Shown one piece after another: positions 47,677 through 55,348 of a stretch of DNA of 64,000 bases. Made by a program: the position numbers and the translations under genes. The first letter of the stretch is position 1, and each line of letters starts with the position of its first letter. The notes beneath the pieces were generated by a model, which ran no database searches, was not told where the DNA came from, and saw nothing but the letters and a program-made list of their open reading frames with translations. This DNA is from Oscillospiraceae bacterium (GTDB lineage: Bacteria > Bacillota > Clostridia > Oscillospirales > CAG-272), in contig SVUJ01000005.1 of assembly GCA_015063305.1 (NCBI GenBank), positions 34,484-98,483 of the forward strand, given 5' to 3'.

Positions 47677-47716
47677 AAAAAACACAGCGGAAATTCAAAA
47701 TTCCGCTGTGTTTTTT
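47677..47716 (+). terminator. Intrinsic terminator after jag
   Basis: Stem cacagcggaa/ttccgctgtg followed by tttttt. Confidence 0.8.
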
Positions 47717-47758
47717 ATGTTTAAATTATAGGAAAATAATAAAATAAACACCTGAGTT

Positions 47759-48340
47759 TGTAGGGATAGGCGTCCTCGACTGTCCATTTCGCAAACAATA
47801 CAAACAAATCTCACCACGGTGTGAAAAACATTATCTTATAATTGGTAGGGGCGACCATTGGTCGTCCGTAAAACAAACAATATAAACAGTCATCACCTCG
47901 ATAATGAATTATACCTATATAAGCCTTCTCCTGTGGGAGAAGGGGGACCACGGAGTGGTGGATGAGGAGTTAGTTTGAGTTTTAAAACACCTCATCCGTC
48001 GCCTGACGGCGCCACCTTCTCCCACTGGAGAAGGCTTTGGGGACGGACGACCAATGGTCGTCCCTACATTGCGGGAGGATAATATCCTCCCCTACATTTT
48101 TTTGGTGATGTTTGGTTTTCTATTTTATGTTCTATTTAATTGTTTGTTTCTCGGGTCGTCGAGGACGTCGACCCCTACAATTTGAAATATCCGTTGTGGT
48201 GAATTATACTGTAACAGATTGCACGTTAATATTAGTTAACCTGTAGGGGTCGACGTCCTCGACGACCCGTTTATAAACAATACAAACAAACGTCACCACG
48301 GTGTAGGAAATATCACCTCATAATCGGTAGGGGTCGGCGC
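47759..48340. repeat. Mosaic of hairpin-forming intergenic repeat modules (copy set B), homologous to 12804..13147
   Basis: Shared modules: tgtaggg.ggcgtcctcgac.gtcc arms, the caaacaatacaaacaaa..tcaccacggtgt tail module (two copies here, one inverted in set A), ggacgaccaatggtcgtcc palindromes, and ccaccttctcccactggagaaggc hairpins. Confidence 0.85.
48153..48268. repeat. Compact element with 27-bp perfect terminal inverted repeats and a conserved ~62-nt core (MITE/REP-like or small structured RNA)
   Basis: gggtcgtcgaggacgtcgacccctaca at 48153..48179 is the exact reverse complement of 48242..48268. By my manual alignment the core differs from the core at 13058..13120 at 9 positions out of ~63. 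Confidence 0.8.
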
Positions 48341-48342
48341 CT

Positions 48343-48500
48343 TGTTTCATCTAAAATTCACGTTTTGATCTCCGCCCGAGATCCTTCACAGCGATGTTTT
48401 CCCCGTTGTCATTCTCGAGCGAAGCGAAGAATTTCGGGGAAAACATCTCGTTCGAGGATGACACGGGCGGAGATGGCTTTGTCAACTTTCAGATGAAACA
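48343..48500. repeat. ~158-nt imperfect long hairpin (three perfect helices separated by internal loops)
   Basis: tgtttcatct...atctccgcccg...gatgttttccccg on the left pairs with cggggaaaacatc...cgggcggagat...agatgaaaca on the right. The apical segment contains cattctcgagcgaagcgaagaat. Confidence 0.75.
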
Positions 48501-48517
48501 ATGTACTACAATAACAA

Positions 48518-48542
48518 ACTCCCCTCTTTCTGCGAGGGGAGT
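48518..48542 (-). terminator. Intrinsic terminator after trpS
   Basis: Stem actcccctc/gaggggagt. On the minus strand it is followed by tttgttatt. Confidence 0.65.
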
Positions 48543-48559
48543 TATTATAATGTTAAAGA

Positions 48560-49558
48560 TTACAGTTTAACAAAACCAAGCTTCTTCTGTACCTTTGAAA
48601 GCGTCCTGCGGGCGTAATAGGAAGCTTCCTCAGCGCCCTTCTTCATCTGAGCCTCAAGCATAGCCTTGTCGGAAAGAAGCTCGTTAAATCTCTGCTGTAT
48701 GGGTGCTAAAGCGTCTGCACAAGCCTCGCCTACCGCAAGCTTGAATTCGCCGTAACCCTTGCCGTCAAACTCTCGCTCTATCTCCTCTACAGTCTTGCCC
48801 GTGAAGCAGGAATAAATACCTATGAGGTTGTTTATTCCGTGCTTGCCCTCTCCCATACACACACAGGTGTCGGAATCGGTCACAGCGCGCTTAAATTTGC
48901 GTATAATGGTGTCCTTGTCGTCAAGGATATATACGACAGCATTCGCGTTCTCGTCGGATTTAGACATCTTCTTGGTGGGGTCGGCAAGCGACATTATCTT
49001 CATACCGCTCTTGGCGATAACGGGCTCGGGAACGGTAAACGTTCCGGGATAGAGCTGGTTGAAGCGCTCGGCGATATTTCTGCAAAGCTCAACGTGCTGC
49101 TTCTGGTCGATACCCGTGGGAACGACGTCGGTCTGATAAAGAAGTATATCGGCAGCCATAAGCGTGGGATACGTGAAAAGCCCCGCGTTTATGTTGTCCG
49201 AGTGCTTGGCACTCTTGTCCTTGAACTGTGTCATTCTTGAGAGCTCACCGAACATAGTGAAGCAGTTGAGTATCCAAGCGAGCTCGGCGTGCTCCTTGAC
49301 GTGTGACTGAACGTAAAGCGTGTTCTTTTCGGGATCAAGACCGCAAGCCATATAGAGGGCGAGGGTTTCATACGTTCTTCTTCTGAGCTCTGCGGGGACT
49401 TGACGCACGGTTATCGCGTGTTCGTCAACAACACAGTAAAAGCACTTGTACTGCTCAGAGAAAAGGGAAAAATTCTTTATAGCTCCCAGATAATTTCCTA
49501 TCGTGAGGTTTCCGCTGGGCTGTACGCCCGAGAAGCAGATGCGGGTATCGTTTATCAT
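48560..49558 (-). CDS. trpS: Tryptophan--tRNA ligase
   Basis: Class I aaRS of 332 aa. HIGH-region variant SGVQPSGNLTIGNY, KMSKS motif (KMSKSD). Size and overall pattern match TrpRS. Confidence 0.9.
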   Translation of the reverse strand: MINDTRICFSGVQPSGNLTIGNYLGAIKNFSLFSEQYKCFYCVVDEHAITVRQVPAELRRRTYETLALYMACGLDPEKNTLYVQSHVKEHAELAWILNCFTMFGELSRMTQFKDKSAKHSDNINAGLFTYPTLMAADILLYQTDVVPTGIDQKQHVELCRNIAERFNQLYPGTFTVPEPVIAKSGMKIMSLADPTKKMSKSDENANAVVYILDDKDTIIRKFKRAVTDSDTCVCMGEGKHGINNLIGIYSCFTGKTVEEIEREFDGKGYGEFKLAVGEACADALAPIQQRFNELLSDKAMLEAQMKKGAEEASYYARRTLSKVQKKLGFVKL

Positions 49559-49671
49559 AGTGTAAAACCTTTCCTATATCAATATAGTCGTGAAACCTTG
49601 ATATTTCTTAAAAATGAATATCATCAACCTATTTATTTTATAATAATATCATAGAAATGCCGAAATGTCAA

Positions 49672-49700
49672 TTGACTTTTGCGGTAAATCGTGATATTAT
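49672..49700 (+). promoter_or_regulatory. Sigma-A promoter for the Dabb / ThyX-like gene pair
   Basis: TTGACT, 17 nt, TATTAT, with a TGa extended -10. Confidence 0.55.
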
Positions 49701-49740
49701 TAATATATATTTTGTTGCTATATTGACGGAGGGCGGAAAA

Positions 49741-50043
49741 ATGGTCAAGCATATAGTTATGTGGAAGTTCAAGGAAAGCGCCGAGGGCAGAAGCGCGGCA
49801 GAAAATATGGAGCTTGTAAAGGACAGACTTTATGCCCTTGTCGGCGTTATAGACGAGATAAAGAAGATGGAGGTAGGTATCGACATCTCGCATAAGAACG
49901 GCTCGATGGATCTTGCGCTCATCACCGAGTTTGAGAGTGCTGAGGCGCTTGGCGTGTATGCCGTTCACCCCGAACACCTCAAGGTAGTAGACCTTGTAAG
50001 AAAAGTTACCGAAACGAGAGTGGTTCTCGATTATAATATGTGA
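49741..50043 (+). CDS. Dabb family (stress-responsive dimeric alpha/beta barrel) protein
   Basis: GGAGGG RBS. MVKHIVMWKFKE...ITEFESAEALGVYAVHPEH is the typical Dabb pattern. 100 aa. Confidence 0.8.
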   Translation: MVKHIVMWKFKESAEGRSAAENMELVKDRLYALVGVIDEIKKMEVGIDISHKNGSMDLALITEFESAEALGVYAVHPEHLKVVDLVRKVTETRVVLDYNM

Positions 50044-50058
50044 TTGTGAGGACGAAAG

Positions 50059-50679
50059 ATGATAAAGCTCGAAAGAACATCTGTAATGAATTTTGAGAAC
50101 GCGATAAGAGGCGCGAGAAATCCGCTCAACAGCTGGGACAGAATGGACAGCGTTTACGACGAGGAAGGGAACTATATCCTCGGAGAGAACGATCTCGGAC
50201 TTGCTAAGCGCCTTGCATCGGCGGGAAGCGACCACCGCAAATTTTTAAGACAGATAATCGTGTCTGTCGATATAACCGCGCCGCTTTATTGGTGGAAGGA
50301 ATTTGACACTTACAAGGTGGGCACGGTTGCAAATTCAACCTCTACTATGCACAAGATACACTCAAAGGAGTTCGATAGGTCTGATTTTTCCTGCGACAGA
50401 CTTGACGAGGGCGGACTCGCGGCGCTTGACGCTATCATAGTCTACCTTGAGGAGCAGAGAAAGCTTTTCTGCGAGGACAAGACCAACAGACAGCCGTGGC
50501 ACAATATGATACAGCTTTTGCCGTCAAGCTACAATCAGATGAGGACTGTTACGATGAATTACGAGAACCTCATCAATATGTACTACGCGCGCAAAACGCA
50601 CAAGCTCGCCGAGTGGCATACATATTGCGATTGGATAGAATCTCTGCCATACGCAAAGGATCTTATCATTATAAAGTAA
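50059..50679 (+). CDS. ThyX-fold (flavin-dependent thymidylate synthase-like) protein lacking the ThyX signature
   Basis: By eye it aligns with ThyX. DITAPLYWWKEFDTYKVGTVANSTSTMH aligns to V.[24 protein letters not shown], and VTMNYENLINMYYARKTHKLAEW aligns to [23 protein letters not shown]. RHR reads TYK and SGRY reads STMH. Confidence 0.4.
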   Translation: MIKLERTSVMNFENAIRGARNPLNSWDRMDSVYDEEGNYILGENDLGLAKRLASAGSDHRKFLRQIIVSVDITAPLYWWKEFDTYKVGTVANSTSTMHKIHSKEFDRSDFSCDRLDEGGLAALDAIIVYLEEQRKLFCEDKTNRQPWHNMIQLLPSSYNQMRTVTMNYENLINMYYARKTHKLAEWHTYCDWIESLPYAKDLIIIK

Positions 50680-50719
50680 AAAACAGCGCGGAAAGCTCAA
50701 AGGAGCTTTCCGCGTTTTT

Positions 50720-53221
50720 CTAATTTTCCTCTCGTCTTTTCAACCAGTTGTGATAATTGAAATCGGCTCGGCAGTATCTGTTATATTGCTGAGCTTTTCT
50801 GCTTATGCCGCTGTATTCGTTCTCGCCCAAAAGATTTGCGAAAAAGGGAAGCTCGGGCGAGGTGGCGGGGAGTACGTCGCTCCCGATATCCCGCCACACG
50901 TACTCGGCGTCGGTGACGTATATCTGCATAGGGAATACGCGGATAACCTTGATAAGACCGACGTAGGTGATGTTTTCTGAGGGACAGTCGGCACTTGCCA
51001 CCCCGCCGCCCGCGGCGTCGTAAGCCACCGATACGTGTGTGGTGCACAGAGCACTCGGCTCTGTACCCTTAACGAAATATCCCTTTTCGGCTCGGCTGCC
51101 GCGGGGGTCTTTTCTGCACGCCTCGCTCATAAGCATTCCCGAGTCGGCGCAGTATTCGGCTTCAACTATATTCGCACTTGTTTTAAATTCCTTCAGCTTT
51201 TCCTCTCCGAGCCTGTCTGCCTCAATATAGTCGGAGTGAAGCTCGGTCATCACCTCGTCCCATATTTTAAGACAGGTGTTTGAGGGGATATCACTCAGCG
51301 GCTTCGGGTACTCATAGCCGTACCAGATGCCGCAGATATAATAGGGAGTGTAACCTACAAACCATCTGTCCTCGTTGTTTTGTGTAGTACCCGTTTTTCC
51401 CGCGCAATCTACAAGCTCGTCAAGCTTTATCGTTGTGGCAGTACCTTTCTTTATGACGTTTTCGAGCATCATAGTCATAATAGAGGCATTCTCCTCGGAT
51501 AAAACTATCTCGCCCTTGTAATCCTTGTTCAGTATCTCGTTGCCGAGAGCATCTACCACAGACAGATAAGACCTCGGTTCATTGTAAACTCCGTTGTTTG
51601 CGAATATCGAGTATGCCGCCGTTATCTCCCTCACACTCACGCCGTAGTTGAACTGTCCGAGCGCGAGAGCCGCGTAATCCACGTCAGTTATGATGCTTCC
51701 GTCACTCAGCTGTTCTCGCTCTATAAGAGAGCTTATGTGCAGCTTTTGGGTAAGAAAATCGAAGGAGTTTTGCCGTCCAAGATCCTCCAAAACCTTTACC
51801 ACAACGGTGTTTACGGAATGCTCTATGGCATAGTTGATGTTTGTAAGTCCTCTGTATTCTCCCGTCGAGTTTCTGGGCCAGGCGGAGGGCTCTACTATTT
51901 GTCCCGCGTTCGGGTCAAGATTGTATTTTCCGAAGTTCACGGGGACGTCGTCATATACGCTTGACCAGTTTATAAGCCCCGCTTCAAGCGCGGGAGCATA
52001 TACCGAAAGAGGCTTTATTACCGACCCTGCGGGACGCACGGTCTGTGTGGCGAAATTTTGAAGACGGTTGCTTTTTTTCTCTCCTATAGCACCCGCCACT
52101 CCGAGAATATCGCCCGTGGCGCTGTCAATTATTATCATCGAGGATTGGGGACGCTCTCCCTCTTTTTTTGAGTAAAAGTGTGAAGAGTTAGCATAATATT
52201 CCTCAAGTGTGGTCTGCACCTCGGGGTCCATTGCGGTGTATATCTTAAGACCGCCCGTGTATATCGTCAGGTTAGCCATCTGACGGCTGTATCCCTTTTG
52301 CTCCATAAGGTCGCTTATAACGTCCTCTATTACCATATCAACGTACCACGAGTTTACCTTTGCCGAGCTGTTTTGGGAGTTTACATTGAGTGTTATCGGC
52401 TTATCATAATATTCGTTCAGGCTTTCCTCGGATATATAGCCTTGCTCGTACATCTGCTTGAGGATTATATTTCGTCTGTAGGTGTTGTTGTCTGGGTTTT
52501 TGATGGGGTCGTAGTAAGAGGGGCTGTTGGTTATAGCGGCAATACAGGCACACTCGCCAAGGGTAAGCTCACTTACGTCCTTCGAGAAATAATAATTTGC
52601 CGCCGCCCCCACCCCGTAACAGCCCTGGGAAAGATTTATTATATTGAGATACATAGAAAGTATCTCGTCCTTTCCCATCTTGGTTTCAAGGTCGAGCGCC
52701 CAAAGTATCTCCTGTATCTTTCGCTGGAAGGAATAATCGTCCTTCTGTGTCACGTTTTTTATAAGCTGTTGGGTTATCGTAGAGCCGCCGTAGCTGTCGC
52801 TGAATTTGAGGAAATAATTTGCGCCCGCCGATATACTTCTCAGCCAATCCACCCCCGAATGCTTGTAAAATCGCTTGTCCTCAATGCTTATAAAGGCGTT
52901 TATAAGGTCTTTGGGGATCTTTTCAAATTCCACGTATTCGCACCTATAACCGCCGTATATCTCGGTGGATAGCTCAACAGGCTCGCCAATTCTGTTTTCT
53001 CTGTCGCTGAAATCGTAGTAATATAGCTTGGTCGCGCTCTCAGCGCCCACTGTGGTGAAGAGAGTTTCGTCTATACTTTTCTCAATATTACGTTCAATAT
53101 ATATGGCGAAAACAAGCCCCGTCACGGTGGCGGTGAGAGTTAATATCAAGGCGGTGACGCTAAGTATCTTTAATATTTTCAAAAATATCCTTTTAGCACT
53201 TCTTCTTTTTTCTTTTTTCAT
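50720..53221 (-). CDS. Class A (bifunctional glycosyltransferase/transpeptidase) penicillin-binding protein
   Basis: N-terminal TM helix. GT51 motifs SIEDKRFYKHSGVD and GGSTITQQL. Transpeptidase motifs SVIKP (SxxK) and KTGTT. Long C-terminal extension. Confidence 0.9.
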   Translation of the reverse strand: MKKEKRRSAKRIFLKILKILSVTALILTLTATVTGLVFAIYIERNIEKSIDETLFTTVGAESATKLYYYDFSDRENRIGEPVELSTEIYGGYRCEYVEFEKIPKDLINAFISIEDKRFYKHSGVDWLRSISAGANYFLKFSDSYGGSTITQQLIKNVTQKDDYSFQRKIQEILWALDLETKMGKDEILSMYLNIINLSQGCYGVGAAANYYFSKDVSELTLGECACIAAITNSPSYYDPIKNPDNNTYRRNIILKQMYEQGYISEESLNEYYDKPITLNVNSQNSSAKVNSWYVDMVIEDVISDLMEQKGYSRQMANLTIYTGGLKIYTAMDPEVQTTLEEYYANSSHFYSKKEGERPQSSMIIIDSATGDILGVAGAIGEKKSNRLQNFATQTVRPAGSVIKPLSVYAPALEAGLINWSSVYDDVPVNFGKYNLDPNAGQIVEPSAWPRNSTGEYRGLTNINYAIEHSVNTVVVKVLEDLGRQNSFDFLTQKLHISSLIEREQLSDGSIITDVDYAALALGQFNYGVSVREITAAYSIFANNGVYNEPRSYLSVVDALGNEILNKDYKGEIVLSEENASIMTMMLENVIKKGTATTIKLDELVDCAGKTGTTQNNEDRWFVGYTPYYICGIWYGYEYPKPLSDIPSNTCLKIWDEVMTELHSDYIEADRLGEEKLKEFKTSANIVEAEYCADSGMLMSEACRKDPRGSRAEKGYFVKGTEPSALCTTHVSVAYDAAGGGVASADCPSENITYVGLIKVIRVFPMQIYVTDAEYVWRDIGSDVLPATSPELPFFANLLGENEYSGISRKAQQYNRYCRADFNYHNWLKRREEN

Positions 53222-53325
53222 AGCCTTTGCAAGTACCTATCAATTTATTTTACTATATTATTGCACCTCGGGCGAATATCTAAACACCCGCGGGGGATAA
53301 TATTTACAGTTGTTAGTTCGGAGGT

Positions 53326-53724
53326 GTGGCTATGAAAAGGTCAAGATTGCCTGTTATATTGGGAACTTATTCTGTAATTCTTCTTGCTTGTACGATGATT
53401 GCTATAGCGGCGGTCGTTTGGAGGACAGCGCCGAGCGCGAAGCAGACAGTAATAGAAACCGTGATAGAAACAGAACATATATACGTATTTTTAGGCCCTG
53501 AGGCAACAGATGAGGCACAGACAACGAGCGAGGCGGACACGGTATGGATAATTCGCGAGTACGGAGAAAGGATAGGTATATTCAACGAGTCCGATGAGCT
53601 CATAGATATAATCGACGTATACACGAAAACTCTCCCCGAGGCGGACAGGCTTTTGCTTAAGGAGGGAATAGTGGTAAGCTCAGAAAAGCAATTAAATTCA
53701 TTAATAGAGGACTATTCAAGTTAA
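53326..53724 (+). CDS. Small membrane-anchored protein; its C-terminal part resembles the BofC C-terminal domain (tentative)
   Basis: GGAGG RBS and an N-terminal TM helix. The pattern YGERIGIF...LPEADRLLLKEGIVV...LIEDYSS resembles the BofC C-terminus as I remember it. Confidence 0.4.
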   Translation: MAMKRSRLPVILGTYSVILLACTMIAIAAVVWRTAPSAKQTVIETVIETEHIYVFLGPEATDEAQTTSEADTVWIIREYGERIGIFNESDELIDIIDVYTKTLPEADRLLLKEGIVVSSEKQLNSLIEDYSS

Positions 53725-53727
53725 AAT

Positions 53728-53955
53728 GGGCTACTTCATTCAGCGCAGAACAAAAACACACTAAAAAAGACATAAAAAGAACCGCCTTTACTACCTTAGT
53801 TGATAGTAAGAGCGGTTTTTAATGTAGAAATTCTTACGAATTTCAATTTTATTTTATGTGTGTTTTTTAGCCGCGTTTTGGCTCTCTGGCGTACCCTCGT
53901 ACGCCGACGAGAACCAAATCACGACTTCTGCATCTTAATGAAGCTGCCCCTTTTT
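53728..53955. other. ~225-nt highly structured intergenic element whose ends base-pair (candidate ncRNA or MITE-like insertion); it contains an internal terminator-like hairpin
   Basis: gggctacttcattcagcgcagaa (53728-) is an imperfect complement of ttctgcatcttaatgaagctgcccc (-53950), which is followed by ttttt. Nested pairs: aaaaacacac/gtgtgtttttt, ttggctctc/gagaaccaa and ggcgtac/gtacgcc. The internal hairpin aaccgcctttacta/tagtaagagcggttttt lies at 53779-53820. Confidence 0.55.
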
Positions 53956-54029
53956 GGTATAAAATATATTGACTTTTCGTATAACTTATATGAAGATTTG
54001 TGTAAGGTGGAGAATTGAGAAAAACCATA

Positions 54030-54058
54030 TTGACAAGAAGTCACAGAGGGATTATTAT
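54030..54058 (+). promoter_or_regulatory. Sigma-A promoter for the rubredoxin gene
   Basis: TTGACA, 17 nt, TATTAT. Confidence 0.6.
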
Positions 54059-54089
54059 ATTATTAGCAATTTAATCATCAGGAGGCATT

Positions 54090-54278
54090 ATGAAACACGT
54101 TTGTGCTCTTTGTGGGTACGTATACAAGTCCGAAGCAGGCGACCCCGAAAACGGAGTAGCTAAAGGAACCGATTTTGAAGATATCAGCGCAGATTGGGTC
54201 TGTCCCCTCTGCGGAGCGTCCAAGGAAGATTTTGATCTTGTTGAGGACGGCGATGTAAATGAGAACGACGAATTTTAA
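54090..54278 (+). CDS. rd: Rubredoxin with a short acidic C-terminal tail
   Basis: AGGAGG RBS. CALCGY ... [13 protein letters not shown] is the classic CxxCG...CPxCG pattern. Confidence 0.9.
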   Translation: MKHVCALCGYVYKSEAGDPENGVAKGTDFEDISADWVCPLCGASKEDFDLVEDGDVNENDEF

Positions 54279-54302
54279 ATTCTTTCAAATAAGGTATAAC
54301 CT

Positions 54303-54335
54303 AAAAACGCTTACGTAATTTACGTAAGCGTTTTT
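54303..54335. terminator. Bidirectional terminator between the rubredoxin and trxB-like genes
   Basis: Stem aaaaacgcttacgta / tacgtaagcgttttt. Confidence 0.8.
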
Positions 54336-54343
54336 GTTTTATC

Positions 54344-55252
54344 TTATAAGCTGTCTATGTATCTGCAAGCGGCAAGTGCGGCAACAGCGCCGTCGGCGCT
54401 TGCTGTGGTCACCTGACGGATAGCCTTTGTTCTACAGTCCCCCGCAACGAAGATACCAGGGGTGCGAGTGAGGCAATCCTCGCCTGCGGCTATGTAGCCG
54501 TAATCGTTGAGGTCAGCTACGTTTTCAAATCCGCGGTTCTCGGGAACTTGTCCAATAGCAACGAATATACCGTCAAGCTCGATATCGCTTTCAGTGCCGT
54601 CAACGGTGTTCTTTATCCTGATTCCGCTGAGCTTGTCCTCGCCCTTCAGCTCGGTGACTACCGAGTTGAATATAAAGGTGACGTTGTCGCGGGTCTGGAG
54701 CTTTGCAACAAGTCTGCCCTCACCTGTCATCATAGCAAGATTCTGTATAACGTAGACCTTTGTGCAGTATTCACTGAGCATCACAGCTTCCTGAAGAGCG
54801 GTGTTTCCGCCGCCGATAACGGCAACGTCGCGTCCGTTATAGAACGCTCCGTCACAAACGGCACAGTAGGAAACGCCCTCGCCTGTAAGCTCTTCCTCGC
54901 GCTCTATACCGAGGTGGCGGTGCTTCGAGCCTGCCGCGATTATAACGGTCTTCCCCTCAAAATTGCCCTGGTCTGTGATAACGGTGAATTTGTCGTCTGT
55001 CTTTTCTATTTTCTCAGCAGTTGCAAGTTCAATATCAGCTCCGTGAGCGATCACCTGATCAAGCAGCTTCTCAGCAAGCTCGTTTCCGCTTATCTGCATT
55101 ATAGAGGGATAGTTCTCGACCTTCGGGGAGAAGGTTATCTGTCCGCCAAATGTCTCCTTTTCAAGAACGAGCACCTTTTTGTCGGCTCTGAGCGCGTAAA
55201 GCGCGGCAGTAAGTCCCGCAGGACCTGCGCCAATGATTATAATATCGTGCAT
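54344..55252 (-). CDS. Low-molecular-weight thioredoxin-reductase homologue lacking the NADPH-binding HRRxxxR motif (FFTR-like candidate)
   Basis: FAD motif GAGPAGLTAA, redox CAVC, second Rossmann motif GGGNTALQEA, and GDC at the C-terminus. Where E. coli TrxR has HLIHRRDGFRA, this protein reads YVIQNLAMMTG. Confidence 0.8.
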   Translation of the reverse strand: MHDIIIIGAGPAGLTAALYALRADKKVLVLEKETFGGQITFSPKVENYPSIMQISGNELAEKLLDQVIAHGADIELATAEKIEKTDDKFTVITDQGNFEGKTVIIAAGSKHRHLGIEREEELTGEGVSYCAVCDGAFYNGRDVAVIGGGNTALQEAVMLSEYCTKVYVIQNLAMMTGEGRLVAKLQTRDNVTFIFNSVVTELKGEDKLSGIRIKNTVDGTESDIELDGIFVAIGQVPENRGFENVADLNDYGYIAAGEDCLTRTPGIFVAGDCRTKAIRQVTTASADGAVAALAACRYIDSL

Positions 55253-55297
55253 ATTAAAATTCCTTCTTGTTATTGATTTTTCGATAAAACGGGGGAG

Positions 55298-55337
55298 CGG
55301 GGAAGGATAAAGGCGTTTGCGCCTTTTTCCTTCCCCG
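55298..55337 (-). terminator. Strong hairpin between nrdD and the trxB-like gene (terminator or attenuator)
   Basis: Stem cggggaaggataaaggcg / cgcctttttccttccccg with a 4-nt loop. Only a short T tract follows on the minus strand. Confidence 0.5.
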
Positions 55338-55348
55338 TATCTTTATGA

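Noticed and set aside
49559-49740. T-box leader upstream of trpS.
   Set aside because: Only ~180 nt separate trpS from the divergent Dabb gene, and part of that is the Dabb promoter. I could not find a specifier-loop/T-box (AGGGUGGNACC-like) sequence or a terminator/antiterminator pair.
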